Program-made: the position numbers and the translations under genes
Shown here: positions 1 through 8,572 of the stretch, one piece after another
Layout: every line of letters begins with the position of its first letter
Numbering within the stretch: position 1 is the first letter of the stretch
Assembly: GCA_041650755.1 (NCBI GenBank)
Contig: JBAZKN010000001.1
Location: forward strand, 314,309 to 378,308
Direction: 5' to 3'
Length of the DNA stretch: 64,000 bases
Source: Patescibacteria group bacterium
GTDB taxonomy: Bacteria > Patescibacteriota > Patescibacteriia > UBA1558 > GWA2-36-10
The notes under the pieces: model-generated
The model's database searches: none
What the model was told of the DNA's origin: nothing
The model's input: the letters and a program-made list of their open reading frames with translations, nothing else

Positions 1-115
1 TGGTCTGATTTGGATTCCCAAGGGTTAAGGTTGTAGAATTGCGTATACTGCCTAAAAAGAACAGGGCCTATTTTTAATATAGCACATCTAAAATCGGCTA
101 GCAAGAAAATGAAAA

Positions 116-150
116 CCGGCCAAAAGCTCAGAGGCGTGAGCTTTTGGCCG
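116..150 (-). terminator. intrinsic terminator downstream of ndk
   Basis: 13-bp perfect stem ggccaaaagctca / tgagcttttggcc with loop gaggcg, followed on the minus strand by a short T-run. Confidence 0.5.
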
Positions 151-174
151 AACGCAAATAAAAAATAAATTTAT

Positions 175-696
175 CTATTCTTTTATGGTAATGGTGTGCC
201 GAGTGTAATCCGGATGATAATCTTGCAATTCAAAATCATTGAACCAAACACCAATTTCCTGGGCAGCTTCTTCAATATTAGCCGAGGCATGTATTAAATT
301 AAAAATACCTATTTCATTAGCATCAGCATAAGTAAAAGATACATGAGCGTAGTCGCCCCGGATAGTGCCGGGCGCGGCTTGTTTTGGTTCTGTTGTGCCA
401 ACCATCTTGCGCACTACCTCGACAGCCTCAACACCCTCTATGGCAATGGCGATAATTGGGCCAGAAGTAATCATCTTGATCATCCGCTCTCTGACTTTTT
501 CGCCACGTCTCCTAGACACATCTTCTGTATAGTGCTTCATAGCCGTGTCTTTATCTGACCAGACCATTTTTAAACCAATAATTTTTAAACCGGTTCGCTC
601 AAAACGATGCAAAATCTCCCCCACCAAGCCGCGGTTGACAGCGTCTGTCTTTAATAATACTAGAGTTCTTTCAATGCTTTCACTGTGTTGTGCCAT
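175..696 (-). CDS. ndk: nucleoside diphosphate kinase
   Basis: 173 aa with an NDK fold. Conserved blocks GLVGEILHRFERTGLKIIGLKM and N.IHASD (active-site His). TAG stop. Confidence 0.9.
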   Translation of the reverse strand: MAQHSESIERTLVLLKTDAVNRGLVGEILHRFERTGLKIIGLKMVWSDKDTAMKHYTEDVSRRRGEKVRERMIKMITSGPIIAIAIEGVEAVEVVRKMVGTTEPKQAAPGTIRGDYAHVSFTYADANEIGIFNLIHASANIEEAAQEIGVWFNDFELQDYHPDYTRHTITIKE

Positions 697-775
697 AAAT
701 TTATATACTTAAGATTAAATTTACCCCAGCATTTTTCAAGGGCTAGGGTAAATGCGAAAAATTATTAAGTAAAAA

Positions 776-1165
776 TTATTTTTTCAAATTAGCGATTTCT
801 TTTTTGACCGCGGCCACGACCTCCGAAGGGGTGATATTGGCTTTCACTAGATAGCCGACTGCACCCAGCTGCTTGCCACGCTGTACATCTTCATCTTGAC
901 CGAGATTAGTCAAAAGCATCACTGGAATATTTTTGGTATTTGGATCTTCTTTAAGAGTTTTTAAGACCGAGAAGCCATCCATCTTGGGCATAATGATATC
1001 CAATAAAATAAAATCCGGCTTCATGCTTTTGGCCATTTCCAAGCCTTGGGCTCCATCCAAAGCTTTAACCAAATCAAAGCCATCATTTTTAAACTTGACT
1101 TCGTACATATTAGCTAGCATTTCTTCATCTTCAATCAAAAGAATTTTGATTTTTGCGTCCGCCAT
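776..1165 (-). CDS. single-domain response regulator (CheY-like receiver)
   Basis: 129 aa. Acidic N-terminal pocket (IEDEE), phospho-acceptor Asp in FILLDIIMP, and a conserved Lys in YLVKA. Confidence 0.8.
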   Translation of the reverse strand: MADAKIKILLIEDEEMLANMYEVKFKNDGFDLVKALDGAQGLEMAKSMKPDFILLDIIMPKMDGFSVLKTLKEDPNTKNIPVMLLTNLGQDEDVQRGKQLGAVGYLVKANITPSEVVAAVKKEIANLKK

Positions 1166-1226
1166 AATATAAATATGTTAAATTTTTAGTGCTTTAATTA
1201 TAGGATAAATACGATAAAATGGCAAG

Positions 1227-1263
1227 AAAAAAACAGGGAGCCCCCACAGGTGTGGTTGCTCCC
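1227..1263 (-). terminator. intrinsic terminator of the GC-rich secreted-protein gene
   Basis: Hairpin gggagc..gctccc (1236-1263), plus an upstream tetraloop hairpin gccccc-gctt-gggggc. Followed on the minus strand by TTTTTTT (plus-strand A-run 1227-1233). Confidence 0.6.
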
Positions 1264-1287
1264 CCGGTTAGCCCCCGCTTGGGGGCT

Positions 1288-1794
1288 TTAGGCAATGACC
1301 GTAGTGTCACGCTCCAGCTGGCGCACGGCCGACTGGTAGTCCTGCCACCACAGAATGGCCGTATCCGGCGATCCGCCGACAGACTCGGCCAACAACGGAG
1401 CCGCCCGAGAGCCCATCAGGAAAGGCAGGGGTCCGGCGTTATCACCGGCCTGGTGTTGCCGTGGAATAGCCGCCTCGTACGCCGCCTTGTCGGCCGCTGC
1501 CGTTGCGTACGTCACGCCGGTCTGGACCAGGGCGATCTGCTCGAACTGCTGAACCAACGGCTGCTCCGCGAGATTTGCACAGCTGGCCGTGGAGTTCTGC
1601 TCCGTGCCGATGATCAGGGTGTAGGGCGCCGCCTGAGCCACACGCGCTGCGGGCATCGTCAGCGCCGCACCTGTCGTGATGATCGTGGTCTCGCCCCACA
1701 CACTACCGGGTGTGGGCTGCTGTACCGCCAACGCGACGGTTGCGCTGACCAGGATCAGGATTGCGGCCACCACAGGTGGCCAACATCGTCTCAT
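1288..1794 (-). CDS. GC-rich secreted hypothetical protein (N-terminal signal peptide)
   Basis: 168 aa, Ala/Gly/Arg-rich. Hydrophobic N-terminus MRRCWPPVVAAILILVSATVALA. AAGGAGGG ribosome-binding site 4 nt before the ATG. TAA stop followed by two GC hairpins and a T7 run. The local GC content is far above the rest of the window. Confidence 0.55.
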   Translation of the reverse strand: MRRCWPPVVAAILILVSATVALAVQQPTPGSVWGETTIITTGAALTMPAARVAQAAPYTLIIGTEQNSTASCANLAEQPLVQQFEQIALVQTGVTYATAAADKAAYEAAIPRQHQAGDNAGPLPFLMGSRAAPLLAESVGGSPDTAILWWQDYQSAVRQLERDTTVIA

Positions 1795-1991
1795 GGTTCC
1801 CTCCTTGATCGGGCCGTGATTTCAGCTGGTATAAAATTGAGATACCAGCACCTCGGTTAAACGCCTCCTTTCTGGTTGGAAACACCTCAAGTGTACGTTT
1901 TTCTATAAATATTATACTCTCTATATAATGCTAAATCAAGCTCAAAAGAAAGGAAAAAGCCCGCCGCACCGATATAAACAAAAAGTCAAAT

Positions 1992-2022
1992 AAAAAACAG
2001 GGAGGCCTTGTGACCTCCCCTG
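1992..2022 (-). terminator. intrinsic terminator after the 27-codon ORF
   Basis: Imperfect 8-bp stem cagggagg / cctcccctg with loop ccttgtga, followed on the minus strand by TTTTTT (plus-strand A-run 1992-1997). Confidence 0.5.
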
Positions 2023-2042
2023 GGACTACGCCCTCACTTGGG

Positions 2043-2126
2043 CTACGTCCCCTTCCCCACGTGGCGCTGGTTGCCGGCGACCTTCTTCTTGGCCTCCTGC
2101 TTGTGATTGCGGCGACGCTTCTTCAT
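2043..2126 (-). CDS. very small, highly basic ORF (27 aa, MKKRRRNHKQEAKKKVAGNQRHVGKGT)
   Basis: Below the length cutoff of the ORF track. GGAGGA ribosome-binding site 6 nt upstream of the ATG at 2126. TAG stop at 2043, then a hairpin plus T6 terminator. No family recognised. Confidence 0.25.
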   Translation of the reverse strand: MKKRRRNHKQEAKKKVAGNQRHVGKGT

Positions 2127-2340
2127 GGCGATCCTCCTTGAGGGCATAGCCCTCCCCCGCGTCCTAGCCCCCTGGGGGCGGACGCTCACTGGCCACGATG
2201 CCGCGTCTAACGCGGCTGATCCTCTTGCCCTGAAAAGGTAACGTCAATAGAGCATGGGATTTTGGAACGCTCCTTCCTGTGTGGATCCCACTAGGGATGA
2301 ATCTTGACGCCGACCTTTACCCGAGGGCAAGCAGGCACAT
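2127..2340 (-). promoter_or_regulatory. GC-rich, highly structured 5' leader; candidate cis-regulatory RNA or small RNA
   Basis: About 215 nt of non-coding GC-rich sequence in an AT-rich genome. Nested long-range helices: cttgccct/agggcaag enclosing aaaggt-cgtcaa/ttgacg-accttt. Also local hairpins: gccgcg-ttaga-cgcggc, gcgtcc..ggacgc, and gagggc-tat-gccctc abutting the ribosome-binding site. Confidence 0.35.
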
Positions 2341-2370
2341 TTATTATATCAAAACAAGGAAATAAAACAA

Positions 2371-3210
2371 CTATTTTATCCGCCAGCTCTGACCGTCAGA
2401 TAACACTGTAATAGTGCCAAAATCCTTGGTTTGCCTAATATCGCAAGCTGCTTTTTGCAAGCGATCAAGGGCATCTTTACTGGGGTGGCCAAATTTATTA
2501 TTCGCCCCAACTTCAATTATACAAAGCTCTGGTTTTACTTTGGCCAAAAAATCGGCTGACGATGAATACTTGCTGCCATGATGGCCGACTTTTAGTACTT
2601 CCGAATCTAGGACATAAACACTGGACAAAATTTCTGCCTCCTGCTCGGCCGGCAAGTCGCCGGTCAGCAAAAAATCCACATCACCATACGACCAGCGCAC
2701 TACTAGCGATTTGGCATTATTGGCAAGCTTATCAGCTTGGCTGGCAGACAACACTACTCCACGCAGCTGATTATCAATATTTATTTTTTCCCCTTTCTTC
2801 AGAATCTGCACCGCTATACTTTCCTGCTCTAAGGTCCGCTGCCAGGCAGTATAATTAGCATTAGCTTTATCTGGCAGATAAGAAGCAAAAATATGCTTTA
2901 CTTGATATTTTTTTAATAATTGTATGGCGCCGACATAATGATCATCATCCCAATGAGTGATAAACAAATAATCAATCCGTCTTTCCCACCAGGGCAATTG
3001 ATCGGCCAGCTGATAAAGTAAACTATTGTCCGGACCGCCATCAACTAAAATATTTACGCCTTGGGTGGTACGCAATAAAATCGCGTCTCCCTGCCCGACA
3101 TCCAAAAAACTCACCTGCAAATATTTCTGCGCTTGGTTCAAGGACCACAGCAAACAAACCAATCCCAGAAAAATAAAACTTGTATAAATTCTAATCTGTC
3201 GAGCGCTCAT
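2371..3210 (-). CDS. ComEC-type metallo-beta-lactamase domain protein (separate ORF)
   Basis: 279 aa. N-terminal membrane anchor, then the MBL motifs DVGQGDAILL, HWDDDHYVG and KVGHHGSKYS. Overlaps the upstream ComEC channel gene by 20 nt. Confidence 0.75.
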   Translation of the reverse strand: MSARQIRIYTSFIFLGLVCLLWSLNQAQKYLQVSFLDVGQGDAILLRTTQGVNILVDGGPDNSLLYQLADQLPWWERRIDYLFITHWDDDHYVGAIQLLKKYQVKHIFASYLPDKANANYTAWQRTLEQESIAVQILKKGEKINIDNQLRGVVLSASQADKLANNAKSLVVRWSYGDVDFLLTGDLPAEQEAEILSSVYVLDSEVLKVGHHGSKYSSSADFLAKVKPELCIIEVGANNKFGHPSKDALDRLQKAACDIRQTKDFGTITVLSDGQSWRIK

Positions 3211-4633
3211 ATGGCTTTATAATCAAAGTAATAACTATCATAAGTATCAGGCTGGATAAAAAAATCGGCAGAGAAAAATTATCAATAGTCAAATACGACC
3301 AAGAGCCGCCGCCTAAATTTTTTATCAGCCAAAACATCAGTTTTATAAGCAAGCCAAGGGGCCAGCCCAAAATTTGACCAAACTGGCCACCAAAAATAGC
3401 CACCATTAAGCTCAAAATCAAAATCGGCGGAAACAGCGGCAAGACTAAAAAATTGGCCAGGGGCGAAACTAAAGAAAAAATATGAAAATAATAAAGCACC
3501 AACGGCCAAGTAAAGACCTGGGCCGCCAGAGTCACTGCCAAAACTTCTTGCCAAGCAAAAGGGTTAGGCAGTTTAGCCAGCATATTTTTAAATAAAGGCA
3601 CGTACCAAATAAGACCCAAGGTTGCTGAAAATGAAAGTTGCCAGCCGATGTCATAAAGTAAAATATATGGATTTACCAGCACCATCACATCGACCAGAAA
3701 CAATAGGCTATAAACCGACAAAGCTGGCCGACCCAAACTTGGGCCCAATAAAACTAAAAGTATCATGGCTGTTGAACGCAAGGCAGGGCTGATAAACCCC
3801 AATAAATAAAGGTAAAGAAATAGAACTGCCGCTAAAACCCAAAAAATATGCTGGCGTTTGAGGCCCAAAATCTGTAAAAGCCAATGAAAAAACCAAATAA
3901 TCACTACCATATGCAGGCCGGAAATAGATATTACGTGCGTCAGGCCAGTGTGGCTAAAAAGTGGCGTCAGGTATTTAGGCATTTCTTGGCGAGAATCCAA
4001 AATAATCGCCTTAGCAAAAGCAGCTGCTGGATCAGATATATTTTTATCCAAATTGTCCAAAAAATATTGCTTGCTTTTACTTAAAAAATCAAGAGGCCTT
4101 GCTTGGTGTCCTAAATATTTGATGCTCGTAGCCGGACAAGTCGCCAAAATATTGTCTTTGGCTAAATATTTTGGATAATCAAATTGGCGACCACTGCCAG
4201 AATCGATTTTCTCCGGCTTGAATAAGCGACAAGACAAGCCTAAACTATCACCCACCTGATAATCCGGATAAAGGGGCGCATAGACTATGATTTTTCCCGG
4301 TAATTTTAGGTCAGGTGATTTGACCAAAAGCTGCCAGCCGTCCAGACGCTTATCAGCATCCAATACAAAGGCTGAAAAAGTATATTTTTGTTCATAAACA
4401 AACTGCTGCGCTAAAATTTCCGGCTGGATAAAATAGTAAATTCTTAAAAAAGCCGCTAAGATCACTAAGAGCAGAAAAAAATAACGGCGCCAAATAGATA
4501 AAATCAATGTTAAAACAAAAAACAGCCAGATATACAGAACATTAGCTGGCCAAATAAAATCAAATAAAAGCAAAAATAAATTTGCACCTAAAAAAATAAG
4601 ACTAAACAGCAGGAAAAATTTACTTTTCGCCAT
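3191..4633 (-). CDS. comEC: ComEC/Rec2 DNA-uptake channel (DUF4131 plus Competence membrane domain)
   Basis: 480 aa polytopic membrane protein. Contains the Competence-domain segment LFSHTGLTHVISISGLHM. Confidence 0.8.
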   Translation of the reverse strand: MAKSKFFLLFSLIFLGANLFLLLFDFIWPANVLYIWLFFVLTLILSIWRRYFFLLLVILAAFLRIYYFIQPEILAQQFVYEQKYTFSAFVLDADKRLDGWQLLVKSPDLKLPGKIIVYAPLYPDYQVGDSLGLSCRLFKPEKIDSGSGRQFDYPKYLAKDNILATCPATSIKYLGHQARPLDFLSKSKQYFLDNLDKNISDPAAAFAKAIILDSRQEMPKYLTPLFSHTGLTHVISISGLHMVVIIWFFHWLLQILGLKRQHIFWVLAAVLFLYLYLLGFISPALRSTAMILLVLLGPSLGRPALSVYSLLFLVDVMVLVNPYILLYDIGWQLSFSATLGLIWYVPLFKNMLAKLPNPFAWQEVLAVTLAAQVFTWPLVLYYFHIFSLVSPLANFLVLPLFPPILILSLMVAIFGGQFGQILGWPLGLLIKLMFWLIKNLGGGSWSYLTIDNFSLPIFLSSLILMIVITLIIKPYERSTD

Positions 4634-4706
4634 CCTCTATTCGCTTTTCTTGTTAACTTTAGCCCAAATGGGCTAAACATATTTAAGCGCAAAAATAAAG
4701 TTTTGT

Positions 4707-6170
4707 CTAGTTGTCTAATACTTGCGGATCAAGCGGCACACCGGCCAATAAATAACCATTGTGTATATGATTATCCACTGACCATAAAATATTATTTAGC
4801 CAAATATCCCCAGCCAGAGCTGCTGAGTCAGACAAAAGATAGCTTTCTATACGGCCGCCCGGCTTAATATCGTCTATCCTGGCCAAAAGCTTGACCTGAC
4901 TGCCGGCATTACCGACACGAATCGGCTGGCTGGCTGCCAATTTAGCAATGATTTTATTATCCTTAAAAATAATATCAGCTGCTTGCTCCTGCCCGTCAAC
5001 CATCAGCTGCATTTTGGCGATAGCCAAATTTTTCACATCTGCCTGCCAGCTCAATTTCTGAATAGCCAGATCATTACTACCAAGGGTCTTGACTTGAAAA
5101 TTATAAATCAAATTCCAGCCCTTGGTAAGTTTTTTGTCTATTGGCAAGCTGGCGAATTGCAAAAGGTCATCCTGAACATGAACGCTACCCAAGGCCAAGG
5201 TCTTATCCAATTTTATATTTTGGCCGGAAACAAAACCCTGCCCGCCGGCATCACGCAAAGAAAAATTATAATCGCCTGCTGATAAGCCATCGGCTATCAA
5301 GCTAAGTTCTAATAGCTGCTGGGTACTAAGCACCAATTTCTTAGCTAAAATAAAATCCAACTTATCGTCCACCGGCTGACTGGTGGCTATCGTTTCCTGG
5401 CCAAGCAGCAAGCTAAACTCTGCCTGATCTAGGTTTTGGCCTGCAACCAAAAAATGCAAGTCATTTAAATCTACTATTTCTGAATCGGCTGCTAAGAAAA
5501 AATTGGCTACGCTTGACTGTCCGGTAGACAAAATGTTCTTTGACTCCGGAGAATTATTGTAAGCCACTAATTTGCCGCTGGCTACTATCATAGTAGTGCC
5601 GCCGCGCAAAGGAAAATCAGCTTGGGGAAAAATCTGTTCATTTTGATGATAAACAACTAAGGAATGATTATCAAACAAGCTAAACTGCAAAATATCACCA
5701 ACCAACAAACTACCACTATCAGACAAAACTAGATCCAAAACATTATCGCCGGCCGGCAAGGTATAATTATTCAGCTCAAAATAAATATTGCCCTCTTCAT
5801 CAACCGAACTAAGCTGACCAATCTGAATATTATGGTGATACAGTTTAAGATTAGCCAAAACATCGCTATCATAAACGCCGCTAGCGGCTATTTTTAGAAG
5901 CTGTAAATTTACCGGCAAAGATGATTTTACCAATAAACTAAAAACTGGCACCGGAGATGTGTGCACTACTGTTTGCTTGGCATTTTGATCAGCCAAAAGC
6001 AAAATAATCGGCACCGGTTGCTTGGCAGCTTGAGTCCGGGGACCAATATTAACTGCGCTTAAAACAAGTGCACCTACCACTAGGAGCAGCAAAAGCAGCC
6101 AATATATCTTCAATTTTGTTGGTTTTTTTCTAATCTTTATTTCTGGTAATGGCCCCAGGTGTTCAAACAT
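4707..6170 (-). CDS. hypothetical membrane-anchored extracytoplasmic protein
   Basis: 487 aa. Single N-terminal transmembrane helix (LLLLLLVVGALVLSAV), then a beta-rich region. No recognisable family. Lies immediately upstream of comEC and is co-oriented with it. Confidence 0.45.
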   Translation of the reverse strand: MFEHLGPLPEIKIRKKPTKLKIYWLLLLLLVVGALVLSAVNIGPRTQAAKQPVPIILLLADQNAKQTVVHTSPVPVFSLLVKSSLPVNLQLLKIAASGVYDSDVLANLKLYHHNIQIGQLSSVDEEGNIYFELNNYTLPAGDNVLDLVLSDSGSLLVGDILQFSLFDNHSLVVYHQNEQIFPQADFPLRGGTTMIVASGKLVAYNNSPESKNILSTGQSSVANFFLAADSEIVDLNDLHFLVAGQNLDQAEFSLLLGQETIATSQPVDDKLDFILAKKLVLSTQQLLELSLIADGLSAGDYNFSLRDAGGQGFVSGQNIKLDKTLALGSVHVQDDLLQFASLPIDKKLTKGWNLIYNFQVKTLGSNDLAIQKLSWQADVKNLAIAKMQLMVDGQEQAADIIFKDNKIIAKLAASQPIRVGNAGSQVKLLARIDDIKPGGRIESYLLSDSAALAGDIWLNNILWSVDNHIHNGYLLAGVPLDPQVLDN

Positions 6171-6235
6171 AAAATACCTATAGTGAAACTATAGATATTA
6201 TACTATAAAATCAAAGAAAAATAAATGAAAAATAA

Positions 6236-7312
6236 TTATTGGGAATGCAAATTAGCTTTGATAAACGGCCACAAGTCACCGGCCAAAACTTTATTAGGAT
6301 CACTTGATTCATGATTTGTCCGATGGTCTTTGACCATTTTATAGGGATGCAAAACATAGGAGCGAATCTGGTTTCCCCAGGCCGCTTCGGTGTATTCTCC
6401 TTTTAGCGCTTGCCGCTCTGCCTCTTGTTGAGTATCATAATATTTTTGCACTTTGCTGGCTAGGTACGCTAGAGCCTGATTTTTATTTTGCAGCTGCGAA
6501 CGCTCATTTTGGCACATGGCTACTATGCCAGTCGGTAGATGGGTAATGCGTACCGCCGAGTCAGTGGTATTGACGGATTGACCTCCATGACCAGAAGAGC
6601 GATAAGTTTCCACTTTGAGATCAGCACTATTTAGCTTAACTGCCGTCCCCTCTATCTCTGGCAAAACTTCTACCATGGCAAAAGAAGTGTGCCTGGCATG
6701 ATCAGCGTCATATTCGGATAAGCGCACCAAGCGATGCACGCCGGCTTCGTTTTTAAAATAGCCGAAGGCATAGGGGCCGCTGATTTTGAAAGTGGCACTC
6801 TTGATCCCCGCCTCGTTACCCGCTGAGCGAGATAAATATTTTACTGTATAACTATTTTGTTCAGCGAAACGCAAATACATCCGCTCCAGCATCTCGGCCC
6901 AATCTTGGGCATCTACGCCGCCCGCCCCGGCAAAAATATTAATAATGACTGGCGACTGATCATACTGACCGGATAAAAATCTCACTTCTGACAGCCGAGC
7001 AAATTCTACCTGTAAAGCAACTAGATTTTTTTCTAGATCAACCTGTAAAAAATCTGCCTGGCTATCTTTGGCCAAAATAATTAAATCCTGAGTTTTTTTA
7101 AATAGGTCTTGCCAAGCAATTATTTCTTGTTCTAGATTACCCGCTTGTTTACTGATTAAAGCCGCTTGATTTGGGTCAGACCAAAAATCAGGAGCCGACA
7201 TCTGCTCTTTTAGGACTTGCAATTTTGCTTGTTTGTCGGGAAGATTTAGCTTATTAAAAATTTCACTGACACTCTGTAATAACTCTTCGATTTGTCGTTT
7301 TAGTTCTTCCAC
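6236..7312 (-). CDS. prfB: peptide chain release factor 2 (full length, no frameshift site)
   Basis: 358 aa. GGQ motif (SGHGGQSVN). RF2-type blocks GVHRLVR..RHTSFA.VEV and GNQIRSYVL. The position of the canonical SPF tripeptide reads SEY. Confidence 0.85.
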   Translation of the reverse strand: MEELKRQIEELLQSVSEIFNKLNLPDKQAKLQVLKEQMSAPDFWSDPNQAALISKQAGNLEQEIIAWQDLFKKTQDLIILAKDSQADFLQVDLEKNLVALQVEFARLSEVRFLSGQYDQSPVIINIFAGAGGVDAQDWAEMLERMYLRFAEQNSYTVKYLSRSAGNEAGIKSATFKISGPYAFGYFKNEAGVHRLVRLSEYDADHARHTSFAMVEVLPEIEGTAVKLNSADLKVETYRSSGHGGQSVNTTDSAVRITHLPTGIVAMCQNERSQLQNKNQALAYLASKVQKYYDTQQEAERQALKGEYTEAAWGNQIRSYVLHPYKMVKDHRTNHESSDPNKVLAGDLWPFIKANLHSQ

Positions 7313-7322
7313 AAATTATTAT

Positions 7323-8552
7323 TTAATTTTTATATTTATCAAGAGTAATCTTGACGTCGTGCGTCTTATCTTTTGACCAAACTTTGAGGGTAATGGTATC
7401 GCCGGGACTAAATTTACTAATAGCTTCAGCTAAATCATATTGCCCTGTTAAATCTTTACCATTGACAGAAACTATAATATCGCCTTCGGCTAGACCAGCC
7501 TTATCAGCCGGCGAGCCTGATACTACCGCCGCATCCGAACTTTGGCTGCCATGCACTAGTAACGCCCCCTGATCAAGCGGTAAGTTGTTTTGCTGCTTAA
7601 TTTCAGCCGTTATCATTTGATAACGCACACCCAAATATGGCCTGATAATCTGCCCGTTTTTCTGAACGCTAGCGATTATTTGTTTTAAAGAATTTATGGG
7701 TATAGCAAAGCCAATCAACTGGCCTTGACTGGAAACAGCTGTGTTTATGCCGATTACTTCGCCGGATAAATTGAGCAATGGACCGCCAGAATTACCGGGA
7801 TTGATAGCTGCATCGGTTTGGATAACATTTTTTAAGCTCTCTGAGCTGCCGGCGCCATCATCAGCCACAATGCTGCGGCCAATGCCGGAAACCACGCCTA
7901 CCGTCACTGTGTTGCTGAATTCAGCTAAAGCATTACCGATGGCTATCACTGACTGGCCAATGACCAATTTATCTGAATCACCCAAAGTAACGACTGGTAA
8001 ATTTTTAGCTTCAATCTTCACAACACCGACATCATTAAAAGAATCAACGCCAACTACTTTGGCCTCATACTCCTGACCGCCATTTAATATCACGGAATAT
8101 TTGGCCGCACTATCGGCTATCACATGCCGGTTGGTCAAAATCAGGCCATCAGCAGAAATAATAAAGCCTGTAGCCCCGCCAACTTTTTGATAATTGGGGC
8201 TAGTGTTTGGTTGAGTATTTTGCGGCTGGACAAACATCCAGTCTGGAAAAAAATTAAAAAAAGGATTAACCTGGACATTCTGGCTAATATCTTTCTTGAT
8301 CACAATGGACACAACCGATGGAGAAACTTTTTTCACCACATCGGCGACCGACAAAGTGCCCAAATTATTGCCGGAGCCGTTCAAACTGGGAGCGTTTATT
8401 TGCTGTAGCTCATCATTGACTACTGCCGGTAAATTTCTATTTACCATCCAAGGCCAACTACCTACATAATTGACCACCAGCCAAGCTCCGAATAAACCAC
8501 CCAAAATTGTGCTAATTATAATAATTAGAAAAGTATCAAAAAATTTCCTCAT
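7323..8552 (-). CDS. htrA: HtrA/DegP-family serine protease with PDZ domain
   Basis: 409 aa. N-terminal transmembrane helix. Trypsin-like motifs TNRHV and GNSGGPLLN. C-terminal PDZ domain. Confidence 0.85.
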   Translation of the reverse strand: MRKFFDTFLIIIISTILGGLFGAWLVVNYVGSWPWMVNRNLPAVVNDELQQINAPSLNGSGNNLGTLSVADVVKKVSPSVVSIVIKKDISQNVQVNPFFNFFPDWMFVQPQNTQPNTSPNYQKVGGATGFIISADGLILTNRHVIADSAAKYSVILNGGQEYEAKVVGVDSFNDVGVVKIEAKNLPVVTLGDSDKLVIGQSVIAIGNALAEFSNTVTVGVVSGIGRSIVADDGAGSSESLKNVIQTDAAINPGNSGGPLLNLSGEVIGINTAVSSQGQLIGFAIPINSLKQIIASVQKNGQIIRPYLGVRYQMITAEIKQQNNLPLDQGALLVHGSQSSDAAVVSGSPADKAGLAEGDIIVSVNGKDLTGQYDLAEAISKFSPGDTITLKVWSKDKTHDVKITLDKYKN

Positions 8553-8572
8553 ATATTATCAAATATTATGAT

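Noticed and set aside
343-558. 71-aa plus-strand ORF inside ndk, with similar short antisense ORFs inside ftsZ, the giant protein gene, gyrB and others
   Set aside because: They lie entirely within well-supported conserved genes on the opposite strand. They have no start signals and are low-complexity.
1219-1860. 213-aa plus-strand ORF and several 60-90-aa ORFs overlapping the GC-rich secreted-protein gene
   Set aside because: High GC removes stop codons in every frame. These ORFs have no ribosome-binding site and are Arg/Gly/Pro-rich junk. The minus-strand gene has a ribosome-binding site, a signal peptide and a terminator.
6236-7312. Programmed +1 frameshift in prfB
   Set aside because: The ORF is continuous from its N-terminus. 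No internal in-frame stop or CUU UGA C-type shift site is needed.
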